Of a stretch of DNA of 64,000 bases, positions 60,380 through 64,000 are shown piece after piece (positions within the stretch are counted from its first letter, which is position 1; the number at the start of each line of letters is the position of its first letter). This DNA is from Nostoc sp. DedSLP01 (lineage in GTDB: Bacteria; Cyanobacteriota; Cyanobacteriia; Cyanobacteriales; Nostocaceae), in assembly GCA_034530875.2 (NCBI GenBank), contig JAVRCJ020000004.1:288001-352000 (forward strand), written 5' to 3'. The notes beneath the pieces are model-generated. The model did not search any database. It worked only from the letters and a program-made list of their open reading frames with translations, and was not told the DNA's origin. The position numbers and the translations under genes were made by a program.

Positions 60380-60649
60380 AAATAAGAATTTAGAATGGGT
60401 TACACCCCGCCGCGATCTAAATTAACAATTCTAATCAACATTGCAAAATTTAGCCCACCAAACAACTTGTCAAAATTTGCAAGATAGTTGGGTAGCGATC
60501 GCAGATCTTGACTAGAACCACACTAACAGTCAATCTGAAGAGGCGATCGCCCAGTTGTTTGCCGAACCAATTTTCTCCCATCAGCCAATTATCTAATACT
60601 AACCTCCAGTCTGGCCGAGCGAGCGTTTTAAAATCAGACACCAAAAACC

Positions 60650-60685
60650 AAAATCCACCTTGATATCAAATTATCAGGTGGATTT
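60650..60685 (-). terminator. Terminator downstream of tmRNA
   Basis: AAATCCACCT(T)GATA / TATCAGGTGGATTT stem with T-run on minus strand. Confidence 0.65.
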
Positions 60686-60698
60686 CTTAGTCATTATT

Positions 60699-61088
60699 TA
60701 GTGGATCCGAGCAGAGTCGAACTGCTGTCCAAATTGGGTATTGACTCCCCGCTCATTCACAGGTTTAGCCTATCTGACCCTCAAGGCGGGAATCGTTCAT
60801 TATCCCGAACGTAGGATGCTCTGATTTAATCTTAGCCAGCAAGCCAACCAGAGAACGCTTGCTAGAGCATCCGTTGGGGTTTGTCCCTAGCCCTTAACGG
60901 AGTCGGACTAAAGACGCTCGAACCTGTAAGAGGTGTTTTAGGCTGCTACTAGAGCTTCCCGACGAGCAAATTTTACGATGTTATTCGCATTTACTTTTGT
61001 TTTGAGCCTTTGATTTCCGAGAGATGACTCACTCTCGACCTGAATCACAGAGCAGCGTTCGCCAACCTGTCGAAACCGTGACGGACCC
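60699..61088 (-). ncRNA. ssrA: tmRNA (transfer-messenger RNA)
   Basis: 5' GGGTCCGTCACGGTTTCGACAGG, 3' T-arm GCAGTTCGACTCTGC and GGATCCA acceptor; tag ANNIVKFARREALVAA* at 60988-60938. Confidence 0.96.
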
Positions 61089-61347
61089 ATGCGCTATACA
61101 TACATTATAGTTTTCTGTCAGCGAAATGTGTCACAAGATGACAAAGAAATATTAAACTCTCATTAACCCGCATCGCTCAAAGAATTGAAGTCTATCGACG
61201 GGACAATGCTCAGTGCTAGTAGATGATGCGATCGCATCGCCATTGCTGCCTAACTTTGCCTGTGAAGTAGCACGTCTTTTTGTGTCACGAGGTTAATTGA
61301 TTTCGCAGTTGCTTGCGATTCGTGAATATATTTTGAATTGCTATACT

Positions 61348-61365
61348 TGTACAATAAACTGTACA
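61348..61365. promoter_or_regulatory. YefM-YoeB autoregulatory operator
   Basis: Two TGTACA palindromes 12 bp apart just upstream of yefM, the arrangement known from E. coli yefM-yoeB. Confidence 0.75.
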
Positions 61366-61377
61366 ATAGCGAAGCAA

Positions 61378-61632
61378 ATGAAAGTTGTATCTTTTAGCGA
61401 AGCGAGAAATAACCTCAAGGCTGTTTTAGACCGAGTGGTGGAAGATGCCGACTATACCATCATCACTAGACGGGATGCAGAGGATGCCGTAGTGATGTCA
61501 CTAGAGTTATTTAATAGTTTGCTGGAGACTGTTCATTTACTCAAGTCCCCCGCTAACGCCACCCATTTGGAGCGTTCTATTGCTCAGTTCAAGCAAGGGA
61601 ATGTGGTGGAGCGAAATTTATTGGATGACTAG
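61378..61632 (+). CDS. yefM: Type II antitoxin YefM/Phd family
   Basis: MKVVSFSEARNNLKAVLDRV..TIITRR..AVVMSL..ETVHLLKSPANA. Confidence 0.92.
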   Translation: MKVVSFSEARNNLKAVLDRVVEDADYTIITRRDAEDAVVMSLELFNSLLETVHLLKSPANATHLERSIAQFKQGNVVERNLLDD

Positions 61633-61891
61633 AAAGTTAGCATGGACGGATGAGGCTTGGAACGATTATTTATATTGGCAAGGGCAAGACAAGAAAACGT
61701 TAAAACGAATTAACAAGCTCATCGAGGCAACAATCCGACTACCGTTTGAGGGAATGGGCAAGCCAGAAGCCTTGAGCGAAAATCTAGCTGGATTTTGGTC
61801 GCGGCGAATTGATGATACGAATCGGTTAGTTTATGCAGTGGATGATGAGTATTTAACGATTATTGCTTGTCGATATCACTATTCTGATTGA
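61625..61891 (+). CDS. yoeB: Type II toxin Txe/YoeB family
   Basis: AWNDYLYWQ..DKKTLKRINKLI, GKPE.L, WSRRIDDTNRLVY, CRYHY; overlaps yefM stop. Confidence 0.93.
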   Translation: MTRKLAWTDEAWNDYLYWQGQDKKTLKRINKLIEATIRLPFEGMGKPEALSENLAGFWSRRIDDTNRLVYAVDDEYLTIIACRYHYSD

Positions 61892-61912
61892 CACCCTACT
61901 TAATCTTTAACT

Positions 61913-62109
61913 ATGACTAAACCAAAAATTCTCCAAGAAGAGCGTGAATATACTTTTCGCTCTTATTTTGAAATGACGTATCCACCAGAGGAAATTTTAG
62001 CAGAGCTAGGCTATAAATTAATTCGCTCAAGATTATCATTACCCAAAACTCAAAAAACTCTTGACCGCTTGTCAGATTTGCAAGAACGGATAGAAAGAAC
62101 ATTAACACG
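61913..62109 (+). pseudogene. 5' fragment of a hypothetical gene cut by IS982
   Basis: ORF MTKPKILQEEREYTFRSYFEM...IERTL runs into the IS terminus at 62110. Confidence 0.65.
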
Positions 62110-63198
62110 ACGTGAGTTCGATGAAACTAAAAAATCGCAGGAGGCAGAGCAAGTAAATCTTTTGGGTAAATGTCAATGCCAGGTTTTTTGGGTAAATAGG
62201 TGTAGGCGGCTAAACCGGCTATCAAGTTGACCAAAAAGTTAAATGGACTACGATGACGAGAGTGCTCGATTTGACATATATTTTTCAGATGGTCGTTAAC
62301 CGATTCAATTACAGCCCGTTTGCGTAATAGAATCTTGTCAATCAGTTTTATCAAACGATTTTTCATTTTCTTCTTAGATTTTGTAACTAACTGCAATCCT
62401 CGCTCATATAACTCCTCAAATAATTTTTGAGAAATGTATCCTCTGTCACCAAATAGTTTACCAATTAAGCCCTTAGTCATATCTGGAACTGGTTTTCGGT
62501 CATCGACATTGGCGGGAGTTAACGAAAATGCCAATAGTTCTCCACAATCATTAATAATCAAATGTAGTTTAAAACCAAAGTGCCAGCCCACAGAATTTTT
62601 GCCCCATTTGACTAACCCTTGAAATACTTTATGAGAATGCGCCCTTGCATTGTGGCAAACATTTATCGGTGTAGAATCGATAAAACTAATTCCTGTAATT
62701 TCTCCTGTGCGAGTATGTAAAAAACAACATAGCAACATCAAGCACCAAGGCATTAATTCCACAAATCTCGTATAGCTGACTAAACTGGGAAACGCCTTTC
62801 CCCAACCTGGTAATACCTGTAGTGTATAAAATTCTTTAAATGTTCTATAACCACTTCCATGAAACGCTATGACTATTGTCATCACTTCCGATAGCTGCAT
62901 CCTTGATTTACTGCGCCTTTCTCCTGTTATCGATGGCAATTGCGGCACTTGCTGCCACCAGCTTTCCCATTGATTACAGAAGTCATCTATGTCACAGAAA
63001 ATTTGCGTAATATCAAGCCGAGATACAATGGTAGACATCGCCGAGACCTTGATTTTTCTTAGATATTTTTAGTCTCGGCATTTTTTGTCACTTTTTTACC
63101 GATTCTCAATCTATCGTAGCGATCGCCTGAACGATTCACTGTTGACCAAATTCATACATAGCAAGCTTTTTGCACCTTCCTATCCGTCGAACTCACGT
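62110..63198 (-). mobile_element. IS982-family insertion sequence
   Basis: Terminal inverted repeats ACGTGAGTTCGATG / CGTCGAACTCACGT around an intact transposase. Confidence 0.9.
62127..63038 (-). CDS. IS982-family transposase
   Basis: IFCDIDDFC, SYTRFVEL, FIDSTPI, GWHFGFKLHL, LFGDRGYIS, RAVIESVNDHLK. Confidence 0.93.
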   Translation of the reverse strand: MSTIVSRLDITQIFCDIDDFCNQWESWWQQVPQLPSITGERRSKSRMQLSEVMTIVIAFHGSGYRTFKEFYTLQVLPGWGKAFPSLVSYTRFVELMPWCLMLLCCFLHTRTGEITGISFIDSTPINVCHNARAHSHKVFQGLVKWGKNSVGWHFGFKLHLIINDCGELLAFSLTPANVDDRKPVPDMTKGLIGKLFGDRGYISQKLFEELYERGLQLVTKSKKKMKNRLIKLIDKILLRKRAVIESVNDHLKNICQIEHSRHRSPFNFLVNLIAGLAAYTYLPKKPGIDIYPKDLLALPPAIF

Positions 63199-63269
63199 TC
63201 CATTAGTGTCAGCATTGATTGTTGCGCCAATGGAAGTTTTTTATTAAAGACAGGTTTGATATCAAATTT

Positions 63270-63410
63270 GGCTTTGCTGAATGAAGAGTGTGATTTTGGG
63301 TGTTGCATAATTGCGAGATGATTTTGGAATTTGCATCAACTATAATCCCCGTCTCTTTATGTCTTTCCATCCCCGCGTCAGCCTCAATCATCCGCTTATT
63401 CAGCAACGCC
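63270..63410. mobile_element. Possible MITE related to 44897-44982
   Basis: Ends GGCTTTGCTGAAT / ATTCAGCAACGCC; no clear target duplication. Confidence 0.4.
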
Positions 63411-64000
63411 TGATTTTGCTTACCTTTTCACTTTCCATCCTTGCGATTTCTCTAGACCTACTATTGACATTGCACAGGAGATGACCTCAATTTATCTCCG
63501 TATTATGCAACGCCTCAGATTTAATGTTATACCAATTTCAACAAACAAAGCGACAAATATGCAGAGCAAGGCTATATATCTGTGTGCTTCATAAATAATC
63601 GATGTGTCACAAAAATTGTTGGAATTGGTATTAAAATTTAGAAGTTTATTATCTAACTTACTGTAAAAATGTAGCTAAAATCATGTTTTTAGCTAGCTGA
63701 ATTTGAGTCTATTACCGTATGAGAAACTCCAAAGTAATTTATTGGGTTACCTTACGGTAGTCTGTCGTTTGGCAGCCTGCCTTAAACACAAGTTTTTACA
63801 ATCATTGAACTCTCCTATGCCGCCTCCTAACCCGCAAATTGAGGCATTTTGGGATTTAGCTTAGGTATTTTTATGCAAATAATAAATAAAGACTTTTTAA
63901 AGATTAAAAATCAGATAATTTACTGTTACCGTAACCATGTTATATATCAGCTATTGTCTCAGCGCTTTTTGCTTGGTTAAAAAGGACTAAACTGAATTTT

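Noticed and set aside
60380..60720. Integrative element inserted at the tmRNA 3' end
   Set aside because: No integrase and no duplicated ssrA 3' end noticed in the window.

Overview
64-kb chromosomal window from a heterocyst-forming cyanobacterium (Nostocales-like), judged from dense HIP1 GCGATCGC sites, heptamer STRR tracts, the flv3B-flv1B pair and the cyanobacterial tmRNA tag. Core content: a RexT/ArsR-thioredoxin redox cluster, hopanoid genes (hpnB, shc), a helical carotenoid protein, a non-canonical Mg-chelatase H subunit, two tandem hli genes with an HLR1 site, an NrtABC/CmpABC-like ABC transporter plus USP and ArsB/NhaD-type permease under two c-di-AMP (ydaO/yuaA) riboswitches, a histidine kinase, RNase III, a CPA2 antiporter, folE, flavodiiron proteins and ssrA. 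An accessory/defence-like block (about 33.6-49.1 kb) holds an NYN(+OST-HTH/LOTUS-like) RNase gene preceded by a long non-coding hairpin (62-bp core stem, extendable to about 250 nt) next to RNase III, a stand-alone DpdE-like SNF2 helicase, an HNH pair, an orphan type I-D-like CRISPR array (33 repeats, 32 spacers), an LRR-Roc-COR-TIR protein and TA remnants. The right end has a solitary IS630 HTH ORF, yefM-yoeB and an IS982 element; several MITE-like elements are scattered throughout. The best candidate for an undescribed system is the hairpin-RNA / NYN / RNase III locus. All family assignments come from motif recognition, not database searches.
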